Source: Acidimicrobiales bacterium
GTDB lineage: Bacteria > Actinomycetota > Acidimicrobiia > Acidimicrobiales > JAUJNH01
Assembly: GCA_038253125.1 (NCBI GenBank)
Contig: JBBSHM010000004.1
Coordinates: 2,043 to 66,042, forward strand
Length of the DNA stretch: 64,000 bases
Reading direction: 5' to 3'
Below are positions 48,979-59,221 of this stretch, piece after piece; positions within the stretch are counted from its first letter, which is position 1, and each line of letters opens with the position of its first letter. A program made the position numbers and the translations under genes. Under the pieces are notes generated by a model. It was not told the origin of the DNA. It saw only the letters and a program-made list of their open reading frames with translations, and did no database searches.

Positions 48979-51399
48979 ATGCGGGCCCCCCTGTCCTGGC
49001 TGCGGGACTTTGCGCCGTTCGACCTCGATCCGGCCGAGCTGGGACGGGTGTTCGACGACCTCGGCATGGTGGTCGAGGGCGTAGAGCGGGTGGGGGAGGG
49101 GCTCGAAGGCGTCGTCCTCGGACGGGTGCTCGAGGTCAGCGCCATCGAGGGGGCCCGGGTCCGGCGCACCCGGGTCGACCTGGGCGACGAGCACGGCCAC
49201 GACGTCCAGATCGTGTGCGGGGCGGCCAACGTGGCAGCCGGTCAGTTGGTGCCGGTGGCCGTGGTGGGCGCCGTCCTGCCCGGCGACTTCCGAATCGCCG
49301 TGCGCAAGGTCTTCGGCGTCGAGTCGAACGGGATGATCTGCTCGGCCGTGGAGATCGGCCTGGGCGACGACGCCGACGGGATCCTGGAGCTGGGCGAGGG
49401 CCTCGGCGCGCCCGGCCAGCCCTTCGCTGTCGCTATGGGCATCGAGCCTGACGTGGTCTACGACCTGGCCATCGAGACCAACCGGCCTGACGCCAACTGC
49501 ATCGCCGGCATCGCCCGCGACGCCGCCGCCCGCCTGGGTCTTCCGTTCACCCTGCCCGCCCCGCCGCCGCTCGCCCCCGACCTCCCCCCGCCAACGGCTG
49601 TACCCCAGGTGGCCTGCCCCGACCTGGCCCCCCGCTTCGGCGTGGCCGTGATCGAGGGGGCGGCCATCGGCCCCAGTCCGGCGTGGCTGGCCCGCCGCCT
49701 CACCCTGGCCGGCATGCGGCCCATCTCCAACCTGGTCGACATCTCCAACTACGTGATGCTCGAGCTGGGCCAGCCCACCCACCCCTACGACCTCGACCGG
49801 CTCCCCGGCGGCGGGCTAGGCGTGCGGGTCGCCGGACCCGGCGAGGCCCTCACCACCCTCGACGACGCCGAGCGCCACCTCGGCGGCGGCCCCAGCCCCG
49901 ACGTGGTCATCACCGACGCCACCGGCACTCCGGTCGGCATCGCCGGGATCATGGGTGGGGCCTCGTCCGAGGTCCACGACGGCACCACCCGGATCCTGCT
50001 CGAGGCTGCCCACTTCGACCGCCTCACCATCGCCAAGACCTCCAAGCGGCTGGGCCTGCGCAGTGAGGCCTCGGCCCGCTTCGAGCGCGGCGTCGACCCG
50101 CTCGGCATCGAGACGGCCATGGCCCGCTGCGCCCAGCTGGCCGCCGAGGTCAGCGGAGCCAGGGTCACCGCCGTGGCCCTCGTCGAGTCGGCCGAGCACG
50201 TGCCGGTGCGGCCCACCATCGCCCTTCGCACTGCCCGGGTGAACGCCCTGCTCGGCACCGATCTGGATGACGCCCGGATAGCCGGCCTGCTCGGCCCGAT
50301 CGGCTTCAAGGTCGAGCCCGTCGAGCCCGGCCTCCAGCAGGTCACACCGCCCAGCTTCCGCCTCGACGCCGAGCAGGAGGTGGACGTCGTCGAGGAGGTC
50401 GCCCGCCACCTGTCCTACTCGAGCATCCCCCGCACGGTGCCGCGCTCGCCGCTGGTGGGAGGCCTCTCCGCCCACCAGCGGGGTCGCCGCCAGGTCCGGG
50501 ACGTGCTGGTAGGCCTCGGCTGCGTCGAGGCGGCCACCGGCCTGCTCCTCGGCCCCGGCGATCACGGACAGGCGGGCCTCGTCGTCTACGAGGACGGGGC
50601 CCTGCGGGCCACCGACCCGCTGGCCAAGGAGGAGTCGCTCCTGCGCCGCTCGCTGCGTCCCGGTCTGCTGCGGGCCGTGGGCTTCAACCTCGACCGCCGC
50701 CAGGACCGCGTGCACCTGTTCGAGGTCGGAGTGGTCTTCTCACCTTCGGACGGAAGCCGACCGGTCCAGCGGGTCGACGCCGAGCGCTGGCTCCCCGACG
50801 AGACCGAGGTCGTTTCCTGCGTGCTGGCCGGGCACGGGGCGGATGCCACCACGGCCACCCGCCTGTGGTGGGCGCTGGCCAGCGCCCTGCGCCTGCTCAA
50901 CCCCCGCCTGGAGGCGTGCCCCGACGCCGCCGGCCTTCACCCCACTCGGACAGCCGCCGTCGTCGGCGCTGGCGGAGCGCCCCTCGGCCTGGTCGGCGAG
51001 GTGGACCCCGGCGTTCTCAGCGGCCTCGGCATCGCCGGCCGGGTCGGTCTCGTCGAGCTCGACCTGCGGCTCCTCCTGGCCGAGCCCCGACGGCCGGACG
51101 AAGCTGTACCCGTCAGCCGCTTCCCGAGCAGCGACGTCGACCTTGCCTTCTCGGTCCCCGAGCCGGTGCCCGCCGCCGAGGTGGAAGCGACCCTGCGGGC
51201 CGGCGCCGGCGGCCTCCTGGAGCGGGTGGCCCTCTTCGACGCCTACCGGGGCAACGGTGTGGCCGACGGTTACCGCAGCCTGGCCTTCCGCCTCCGTTTC
51301 GCCGCTCAGGACCACACCCTCACCGACAGCGAAGTGGCCGGCGCCCGTCAGGCCTGCATCACCGCAGTGAGCACTGCCCACGCAGCCACGCTGCGTTAG
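48979..51399 (+). CDS. pheT: phenylalanine--tRNA ligase beta subunit
   Basis: MRAPLSWLRDF N-terminus, tRNA-binding, B3/4 and B5 regions, and a C-terminal FDAYRG...SLAFRL anticodon-binding motif. 806 aa. Confidence 0.95.
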   Translation: MRAPLSWLRDFAPFDLDPAELGRVFDDLGMVVEGVERVGEGLEGVVLGRVLEVSAIEGARVRRTRVDLGDEHGHDVQIVCGAANVAAGQLVPVAVVGAVLPGDFRIAVRKVFGVESNGMICSAVEIGLGDDADGILELGEGLGAPGQPFAVAMGIEPDVVYDLAIETNRPDANCIAGIARDAAARLGLPFTLPAPPPLAPDLPPPTAVPQVACPDLAPRFGVAVIEGAAIGPSPAWLARRLTLAGMRPISNLVDISNYVMLELGQPTHPYDLDRLPGGGLGVRVAGPGEALTTLDDAERHLGGGPSPDVVITDATGTPVGIAGIMGGASSEVHDGTTRILLEAAHFDRLTIAKTSKRLGLRSEASARFERGVDPLGIETAMARCAQLAAEVSGARVTAVALVESAEHVPVRPTIALRTARVNALLGTDLDDARIAGLLGPIGFKVEPVEPGLQQVTPPSFRLDAEQEVDVVEEVARHLSYSSIPRTVPRSPLVGGLSAHQRGRRQVRDVLVGLGCVEAATGLLLGPGDHGQAGLVVYEDGALRATDPLAKEESLLRRSLRPGLLRAVGFNLDRRQDRVHLFEVGVVFSPSDGSRPVQRVDAERWLPDETEVVSCVLAGHGADATTATRLWWALASALRLLNPRLEACPDAAGLHPTRTAAVVGAGGAPLGLVGEVDPGVLSGLGIAGRVGLVELDLRLLLAEPRRPDEAVPVSRFPSSDVDLAFSVPEPVPAAEVEATLRAGAGGLLERVALFDAYRGNGVADGYRSLAFRLRFAAQDHTLTDSEVAGARQACITAVSTAHAATLR

Positions 51400-51411
51400 C
51401 ACCTCGTCGGG

Positions 51412-51864
51412 CTAAGCGCCGGCCTCTTCGGTCTCGATCTGGGTGAGGAGGTCGAGGCGGTTCTGGTGGCGGCCGCCTTCGTAGGCGGTGGAGACGAAGA
51501 CCTGGGCGATCTCCAGAGCCACCCCCAAGCCTGTCACCCGGGAGCCCATCGAGCAGACGTTGGCGTTGTTGTGCAGGCGGGCCATCCTGGCGGTGAACTC
51601 GTCGTGGCACAGGGCGGCCCGGCAGCCGTGGACCTTGTTGGCCGCCATCTGCTCGCCGTTGCCGCTACCCCCGAAGACAAAGGCCAGCTCGACGTCCCCG
51701 CCGACCGCGGCCCGGGCGGCGGCGGCGCAGAAGAGCGGGTAGTCGACCGACGCCTCCGAGTCGGTGCCGAGGTCGAGCACCTCGTGGCCCATGCCCCGGA
51801 GGTGGTCGGCCACCTGCTGCTTGAGGGCGAACCCGGCGTGGTCGGAGGCGACGGCGATCTTCAC
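51412..51864 (-). CDS. rpiB: ribose-5-phosphate isomerase B
   Basis: MKIAVASDHAGF.LK, GSGNGEQMAANK and ARMARLHNNANV motifs. Confidence 0.92.
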   Translation of the reverse strand: MKIAVASDHAGFALKQQVADHLRGMGHEVLDLGTDSEASVDYPLFCAAAARAAVGGDVELAFVFGGSGNGEQMAANKVHGCRAALCHDEFTARMARLHNNANVCSMGSRVTGLGVALEIAQVFVSTAYEGGRHQNRLDLLTQIETEEAGA

Positions 51865-52085
51865 GAGGCGAGAGGTCTAGCGCCTGGCGAGGCCGGGGGA
51901 AAGCGCCGGCGGATCTTGACGATGCGCTCGGTGCGGAACGACGCCACCTTTACGCTCCAGCAGTCGAGGGTGCCGCGCCGTCCGTCGGTGCCGAAGAAGG
52001 TGGTCATCGGCCCCTCCTGCTGGAACGAGTCGGCATGCTCCACCTCCTCCACCGTGTCGTCGCTCAGCACCACCTCGAAGGTCAT
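51861..52085 (-). CDS. small hypothetical protein upstream of rpiB
   Basis: 74-aa ORF whose stop overlaps the rpiB start by 4 bp. Non-low-complexity N-terminal 60 aa. No recognisable family. Confidence 0.4.
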   Translation of the reverse strand: MTFEVVLSDDTVEEVEHADSFQQEGPMTTFFGTDGRRGTLDCWSVKVASFRTERIVKIRRRFPPASPGARPLAS

Positions 52086-52166
52086 GGGTCAAGGCTGCGC
52101 CCCATCGGCTGTGCAGCGCAAGGGGCTCAGCCTGGGGATCTGAGGGGGACGAGCTGTGCGCTCAGC

Positions 52167-52195
52167 TGTGAATTAGCATGCATTCAGATGAATCA
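52167..52195. promoter_or_regulatory. probable ArgR operator (ARG box-like palindromes) upstream of argC
   Basis: TGTGAATTAGCATGCATTCAGATGAATCA is an AT-rich island containing TGAAT/ATTCA inverted half-sites, 18 nt before the argC ATG. argR is encoded in the same operon. Confidence 0.55.
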
Positions 52196-52212
52196 GGGGC
52201 TAAGGTGGGGCC

Positions 52213-53235
52213 ATGGCCATCCGCATCGGGATCCTGGGCGCCTCGGGCTACACCGGGATGGAGCTGCTGCGCCTGATCGCCGCCCACCCGGCCCTCGACG
52301 TCGTGCACGCCGGGGCTGACTCCAACGCCGGCAACCTCGTGGCCGACGTGGCTCCTGGCCTGGCCGCCGCCTACCCGGACCTCCGCTTCGGGCCCATCGA
52401 CACCGCTTCGGTCGACGGGCTCGACCTGGTCTTGTTCTGCCTGCCCCACGGCGCCAGCGGCCCCCTGGTGGGCGAGCTGCAGGGCCGCGTCGGTCACATC
52501 GTCGACCTCGGGGCCGACTTCCGGCTGCGTGATCCCGCCGCCTACCCGACCTGGTACGGCCACGAGCACCCGCGGCCCGAGCTGCTGGCCGAGGCCGCCT
52601 ACGGGCTGCCTGAGCTGTTCCGCGAGCCGCTGCGGGGGGCGGCCCTGGTGGCCGCCCCCGGCTGCTACGTCACCGCCGCCAGCCTGGCCCTGGCCCCCTT
52701 CGTCCGGTCCGGAGCCGTCCTGCCCGCCGGCGTCGTCGTCGACGCCTACAGCGGGGCCAGCGGCGCCGGCCGGGCCCCCAGGCCGGGCCTGCACTTCTGC
52801 ACCGTCGACGAGGACCTCACTGCCTACGCCCTGCTGACCCACCGCCATACCCCCGAGATCGAGCAGGCCACCGGTGCCCAGGTCGTGTTCACACCGCACC
52901 TGGCCCCCATCAGCCGCGGCATCCTGGCCACGGTCTATGCCCGGCCGGCAGACGCCGCCCTCACCACCGATACCGCCCTCAACCTGTTGAGGGACGCCTA
53001 CGTCGATGAGCCGTTCGTCGTGGTCTCCGAGAGGTCCCCCTCGACAAAGGCGACGCTCGGGTCCAACGTCTGCCAGCTCACCGTCCAGGTCGACCCCCGC
53101 ACCGGTTGGCTGGTGGCGATCGCCGCCCTCGACAACCTGGTGAAGGGGGCCAGCGGCCAGGCCCTCCAGTGCGCCAACCTCGCCCTCGGGCTGGAGGAGT
53201 CCATCGGCCTCCCCCTCGCCGGGCTCACCCCGTGA
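52213..53235 (+). CDS. argC: N-acetyl-gamma-glutamyl-phosphate reductase
   Basis: IGILGASGYTG.EL..L and the catalytic-Cys motif APGCYVTAA. Confidence 0.95.
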   Translation: MAIRIGILGASGYTGMELLRLIAAHPALDVVHAGADSNAGNLVADVAPGLAAAYPDLRFGPIDTASVDGLDLVLFCLPHGASGPLVGELQGRVGHIVDLGADFRLRDPAAYPTWYGHEHPRPELLAEAAYGLPELFREPLRGAALVAAPGCYVTAASLALAPFVRSGAVLPAGVVVDAYSGASGAGRAPRPGLHFCTVDEDLTAYALLTHRHTPEIEQATGAQVVFTPHLAPISRGILATVYARPADAALTTDTALNLLRDAYVDEPFVVVSERSPSTKATLGSNVCQLTVQVDPRTGWLVAIAALDNLVKGASGQALQCANLALGLEESIGLPLAGLTP

Positions 53236-54392
53236 GCGTCACCTCGCCTTCAGGGTTCGTGGCCGCTGGCGTCGCCGCCGGCATCAAGGCGTCCGGCGGC
53301 CTCGACCTCGCCGTGGTGGCGACCGCGGACGGCGCCCCCGTCGTCGCTGCCGCCGTCTTCACCCAGAACCTGGCCTGCGCCGCCCCTGTCCAGCTGAGCC
53401 GAGCCCACCTGGCGGCAACGGGCGGCCGGGCCGCAGCCGTGGTGCTGAACAGCGGCAACGCGAACGCCGCCACCGGCCAGCCCGGCCTTGACGTGGCCCG
53501 GGAGACCTGCGACCTGGTGGCCGCCGGCATCGGCTGCCTCCCTGAGGAGGTGCTGGTCTGCAGCACCGGTCTCATCGGCATCCCGATCGACGCCGCCCCC
53601 TTCCGGGTCGGGGTTCCCCTGGCGGTCAGCGCCCTGCGCGCCGACGGCGGTCCTGCGGCGGCCCAGGCGATCATGACCACCGACACGGTGCGCAAGGAGG
53701 CGGCGGCTACCGCCAGCCGGGTAACCGTCGGGGGAATGGCCAAGGGCGCAGCCATGCTGGCCCCGAACATGGCGACGATGCTGGCGGTGCTCACCGTCGA
53801 CGCCGCCGTCGAGCCGGACGTGCTGCAGCATGCGCTCCAGACGGCGGTCGACAACAGCTTCAACCGCCTCACCGTCGACGGCTGCACGAGCACGAACGAC
53901 ACGGTCATCGTGCTGGCCGGCGGTGCGCCCACGGCCGATGCCAAGCTCGTGACCGAGCTGCTCAGCGAGGTCACGACCAGCCTCGCCTTCCAGATGTGCA
54001 ACGACGCCGAGGGGGCGACGAAGGTGGTCAGGGTCCGGGTCAGCGGGGCGACCAGCGACGCCGAGGCGGCCGCCGCCGCCCGCAAGGTGGCGCAGAGCCA
54101 GCTGGTCAAGTGCTCGTGGTACGGCCAGGACCCCTACTGGGGCCGTGTCCTGTCAGAGCTCGGCTCGGCCGGCGTCCGCCTCGACCTCGACCGGGTCAGC
54201 ATCGCCTACGGCGATGACGTCGTGAGCCGCGGTGCGGTGGAGATCGACCACGACCGTCAGGCCGTCGCCGACCACATGAGGGGGCGCTCCCTCCACCTGA
54301 CCTGCGACCTCGGTGTCGGCGACGGCTCCTCGTGGGTGCTCACCAATGACCTGACCCACGCCTACGTCGACGAGAACATGGGCACCTCATGA
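53232..54392 (+). CDS. argJ: bifunctional ornithine acetyltransferase / N-acetylglutamate synthase
   Basis: GF.AAGVAAGIK, the autoprocessing-site motif ATMLAVLTVDA, and the C-terminal YVDENMGTS-type tail. The GTG 53232 start overlaps the argC stop. Confidence 0.93.
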   Translation: MSVTSPSGFVAAGVAAGIKASGGLDLAVVATADGAPVVAAAVFTQNLACAAPVQLSRAHLAATGGRAAAVVLNSGNANAATGQPGLDVARETCDLVAAGIGCLPEEVLVCSTGLIGIPIDAAPFRVGVPLAVSALRADGGPAAAQAIMTTDTVRKEAAATASRVTVGGMAKGAAMLAPNMATMLAVLTVDAAVEPDVLQHALQTAVDNSFNRLTVDGCTSTNDTVIVLAGGAPTADAKLVTELLSEVTTSLAFQMCNDAEGATKVVRVRVSGATSDAEAAAAARKVAQSQLVKCSWYGQDPYWGRVLSELGSAGVRLDLDRVSIAYGDDVVSRGAVEIDHDRQAVADHMRGRSLHLTCDLGVGDGSSWVLTNDLTHAYVDENMGTS

Positions 54393-55285
54393 GCGAGGGC
54401 CTCGGCACCGCGGCCGACCTGGCCAGCGATGCGACGGCGGAGAACGCCGCCCGGGTCCTGGTTGAGGCGTTGCCGTACCTGCGCCGCTTCGCCGGCAGCG
54501 TCATCGTCGTCAAGTACGGGGGCAACGCCCTGAACGACGCCGACGGCGATCCGCTTGAGGTGTTCGCCAGCGACATCGTCCTGATGCACTCGGTTGGCCT
54601 GCGACCGGTGGTCGTGCACGGGGGCGGCCCCCAGATCAGCGCCATGCTCGAGCGGCTCGGGATCGTGCCGCAGTTCCGGGAAGGGCTGCGGGTCACCGAC
54701 CGGGAGACCCTCGACGTCGCCCGGATGGTCCTGGTCGGAAAGGTCAACAAGGACATCGTCAGCGCCGTCAACACCAAGGCGCCGGTGGCCGTCGGCATCA
54801 GCGGCGAAGACGGCGCCTTCCTCAGGGTCACCGCTCGCGACCCGGCGCTCGGCTACGTCGGCGACGTGCGCAGCGTCGACACCACGCTCATCGACAAGCT
54901 GCTGGCCGAGCAGCTGGTCCCCGTCATCGCCACCATCGGCACCGACGACGACGGCCACGCCTACAACGTCAACGCCGACACCGCCGCTGCCGCCATCGCC
55001 GCCGCCCTGTCGGCCGAGAAGCTGATCCACCTCACCAACGTCGAGGGGATCCGCGCCGTGGCCGCTGACCCGGCCACCCGGCAGAGCCACCTTCGGGCCG
55101 AGGGCCTCGACCTGCTGCTGAGGTCGGGTGCCCTGGCCGGCGGCATGGCGCCCAAGGCCGAGTCGTGTCTGCACGCCGTGCGCAACGGGGTGGCGGCGGC
55201 CCACGTCCTCGACGGCCGGGTGCCTCACGTGCTGCTCCTCGAGCTGTTCACCGAAGCAGGCATCGGCACGATGGTCACCCCGTGA
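54389..55285 (+). CDS. argB: acetylglutamate kinase
   Basis: VVKYGGNAL, VVVHGGGPQI and YNVNADTAA motifs. Confidence 0.95.
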   Translation: MSEGLGTAADLASDATAENAARVLVEALPYLRRFAGSVIVVKYGGNALNDADGDPLEVFASDIVLMHSVGLRPVVVHGGGPQISAMLERLGIVPQFREGLRVTDRETLDVARMVLVGKVNKDIVSAVNTKAPVAVGISGEDGAFLRVTARDPALGYVGDVRSVDTTLIDKLLAEQLVPVIATIGTDDDGHAYNVNADTAAAAIAAALSAEKLIHLTNVEGIRAVAADPATRQSHLRAEGLDLLLRSGALAGGMAPKAESCLHAVRNGVAAAHVLDGRVPHVLLLELFTEAGIGTMVTP

Positions 55286-56475
55286 GCGCGCACGCCTTTG
55301 CCGTGGACCAAGGACTGGAGCGCTGTCCGTTCATGCCCACCTACGCCCCGCCCCAGGTCCTGTTCGTGCGGGGTCGTGGCACCGAGCTGTGGGACGACGC
55401 CGGCCGCCGCTACCTCGACTTCCTGTGCGGGCTGGCCGTCACCAGCCTGGGCCACTCTCACCCCGAGGTGGCCGCTGCGGTGTCCGAGCAGGCCAGCACA
55501 CTCCTGCACGTCTCCAACCTTTTTGCCACCCGCCCGGCCGCGGGCGTGGCATCCACCCTCGACCGCCTCCTCGGAGGCGGTGGTCAGGTCTTCTTCACCA
55601 ACTCGGGGGCCGAGGCCAACGAGTGCGCCATCAAGCTGGCCCGGCGGTTCGGCGGGGGCGAGCACGGCCGCTGGCAGGTGATCTCCACCTACGGCAGCTT
55701 CCACGGCCGCACGATGGCGTCGCTGGCTGCAACCGGCCAGCCATCCAAGCACGAGGCGTTCCAGCCCCTGCCACCCGGCTTCCGCCACGTCGCCTGGGGC
55801 GAGGTCGACGCCGTCGCCGCCGCAGTGGACGACACGGTCGCCGCCGTGCTCGTCGAGTCGGTCCAGGGTGAGGGCGGGGTCGTCCCTGCCCCGCCCGGCT
55901 ACCTCCTCGGCCTGCAGGAGCTGTGCTGTGACCTGGGCCTGCTGCTGATGCTCGACGAGGTGCAGAGCGGGCTCGGCCGCACGGGTCGGTGGTTCGGCTT
56001 CCAGCACGACCTTCCGGCGGGTGTGAGCCCGGACGTGGTCACCCTGGCCAAGGCGCTAGGCAACGGTGTCCCCATCGGGGCGTGCTGGGCCCGGGCCGAG
56101 GTGGCTGCCGCTTTCCGCCCCGGCGATCACGGCACCACCTACGGCGGACAGCCGTTCGCCGCCGCCGCCGCCGCCGCCGTGCTGGAGGTCATGGAGCGTG
56201 ACGGCCTGCCGGAGCGGGCCGAGGCCGCCGGCCGCCGCCTGCGCTCGCTGCTGGAGGCCATCCCGGCTGTCACTGCGGTGCGGGGCCGGGGACTGCTGCT
56301 GGCCGCCGAGCTGGAGCCCGGCCGTGACGCCAAGGTGGTGCAGGGCGAGCTGCTGCGGCGCGGCCTTGTCACCAACGCCGTCACCCCGACCGCCATCAGG
56401 CTGGCGCCGCCCCTCACCGTCTCCGACGACGAGATCGACGAGGCCGCGGCCCTCATCACCGACGTGCTGGCATGA
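55282..56475 (+). CDS. argD: acetylornithine aminotransferase
   Basis: GHSHP, FFTNSGAEANE, DEVQSGLGRTG and the LAKALGNG PLP-lysine motif. Start is GTG 55282 or the downstream ATG. Confidence 0.93.
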   Translation: MSAHAFAVDQGLERCPFMPTYAPPQVLFVRGRGTELWDDAGRRYLDFLCGLAVTSLGHSHPEVAAAVSEQASTLLHVSNLFATRPAAGVASTLDRLLGGGGQVFFTNSGAEANECAIKLARRFGGGEHGRWQVISTYGSFHGRTMASLAATGQPSKHEAFQPLPPGFRHVAWGEVDAVAAAVDDTVAAVLVESVQGEGGVVPAPPGYLLGLQELCCDLGLLLMLDEVQSGLGRTGRWFGFQHDLPAGVSPDVVTLAKALGNGVPIGACWARAEVAAAFRPGDHGTTYGGQPFAAAAAAAVLEVMERDGLPERAEAAGRRLRSLLEAIPAVTAVRGRGLLLAAELEPGRDAKVVQGELLRRGLVTNAVTPTAIRLAPPLTVSDDEIDEAAALITDVLA

Positions 56476-56551
56476 CACCCACCGCTTCTGTCGGGAGTAG
56501 CTGTCGCCTGGCGCCGCCCTACTCCCGGCAGAACCAGGTTGGAGGGGCGGG

Positions 56552-57508
56552 ATGACGGGGGCTCGCCACGTGCTCGAGGTCGACGACCTTAGCGCCAAGG
56601 AGATCCTGGCCGTCCTCGACTGGGCCGAGAGCCCGGCGCCGCCGCCCGTCCTCGCTGGCATGGGCGTGGCACTGCTGTTCGAGAAGCCGTCGAACCGCAG
56701 CCGCAACGCCACCGAGATGGCGGTGGTGCAGCTGGGAGGCCACCCGGTCAGCCTGCAGGCCAGCGAGGTGGGCCTCGACGTGCGGGAGACAGCCGAGGAC
56801 GTGGCCCGAACGCTGGGCTCCTACCACCGCGTCCTCTGCGCCCGGACCTTCGCCCACGGCACCCTCGAGCGCATGGCCGCCGCCCTTGACGCCGCCACGA
56901 TGGATGTGCCCGTGGTCAACCTCCTGAGCGACGACGCCCACCCGTGCCAGGCGCTGGCCGACGTCCTTACCCTGCGCCAGCAGCTGGGCGGTGTCGATGG
57001 CCGGACGATCGCCTGGATCGGTGACATCAACAACGTGGCCCGCTCCCTCGCCCTGGCCGTCGTCCGCTTGGGCGGCCGGATCCGCCTCGCCAGCCCGGCC
57101 GACTACATGGTCGACGACGGCTCCCTCGAGCGGATCAGAGCGGCCGGACCGGGCGAGGTCGAGGTCTTCGATCGTCCGGAGCCGGCGGTGCACGGCGCCG
57201 ATGCGGTGGTCACCGACGTGTGGACCTCGATGGGCCAGGAGGACCAGGCTGAGGCCCGCCGACGCGCCTTTGCCGGCTGGACCGTGACCAGCGCCCTGCT
57301 CGAACCGGCGGCCCCCGGGGGCATCCTTTTGCACTGCCTGCCCGCCCACCGGGGCGAGGAGGTGGCGGCCGACGCCTTGGAGGGCCCCCGCAGCCGGGTG
57401 TGGCAGCAGGCGGCGAACCGCATGCATGCCGCCCGCGGCCTGCTCCTGTTCCTTGTGTCCGCCCACGGCCCGAGCGGCGCTGTTGAGCGGGGAACGGCGT
57501 CGGCCTGA
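56552..57508 (+). CDS. argF: ornithine carbamoyltransferase
   Basis: FEKPSNRSRNA (STRTR variant), HPCQALAD, DVWTSMG and HCLPAHRGEE motifs. Confidence 0.93.
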   Translation: MTGARHVLEVDDLSAKEILAVLDWAESPAPPPVLAGMGVALLFEKPSNRSRNATEMAVVQLGGHPVSLQASEVGLDVRETAEDVARTLGSYHRVLCARTFAHGTLERMAAALDAATMDVPVVNLLSDDAHPCQALADVLTLRQQLGGVDGRTIAWIGDINNVARSLALAVVRLGGRIRLASPADYMVDDGSLERIRAAGPGEVEVFDRPEPAVHGADAVVTDVWTSMGQEDQAEARRRAFAGWTVTSALLEPAAPGGILLHCLPAHRGEEVAADALEGPRSRVWQQAANRMHAARGLLLFLVSAHGPSGAVERGTASA

Positions 57509-57984
57509 TGCCCACCAACCGCCTGGCCAAGACCCAGCGCCAGCACCGGGTGGCCAAACTCCTGGTCGAGCACCACGTCGGCAGCCAGACCCAGCTGGTC
57601 GCGCTGATGGCCGCCGACGGCGTGGTCGCCACCCAGGCCACGGTCAGCCGCGACCTCGACGAGCTGGGGGCGGTGAAGGTTCGGGTGCCCGGCGGCGAGA
57701 TGGTCTATGCCGTGCCCGAGCTGCCCCGGGACCGCCTGGCGCCCGAGGACCACCTTCGGCGCGTCCTGGCCGACTGGGTCGTGCAGGTGGCCCACAGCGG
57801 CAACCTCGTCGTGGTGCAGACGCCGCCCGGGTGCGCCCACGTGGTCGGGTCGGCCCTAGACCGCAGCGGCGTCGACGGCATCCTCGGCACCGTCGCTGGC
57901 GACGACACCCTCCTCCTGGTGGCCGATGAGCGGACGGGCGCAGCCAGGGTGGCCAAGAAGATCTCGGCCCTCGCGGGCCTCTAA
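57508..57984 (+). CDS. argR: arginine repressor
   Basis: wHTH VATQATVSRDLDELG, and the C-terminal GTVAGDDT oligomerisation/arginine-binding motif. Confidence 0.93.
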   Translation: MPTNRLAKTQRQHRVAKLLVEHHVGSQTQLVALMAADGVVATQATVSRDLDELGAVKVRVPGGEMVYAVPELPRDRLAPEDHLRRVLADWVVQVAHSGNLVVVQTPPGCAHVVGSALDRSGVDGILGTVAGDDTLLLVADERTGAARVAKKISALAGL

Positions 57985-58002
57985 GAGAATGGACGTCAAA
58001 GC

Positions 58003-59199
<1,197 letters not shown>

Positions 59200-59221
59200 G
59201 TGCGACGATGGCCGAGCCCCG

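Noticed and set aside
51466-52143. 225-aa + strand ORF opposite rpiB
   Set aside because: It is antisense to an unambiguous RpiB ORF and crosses the rpiB/small-ORF boundary.
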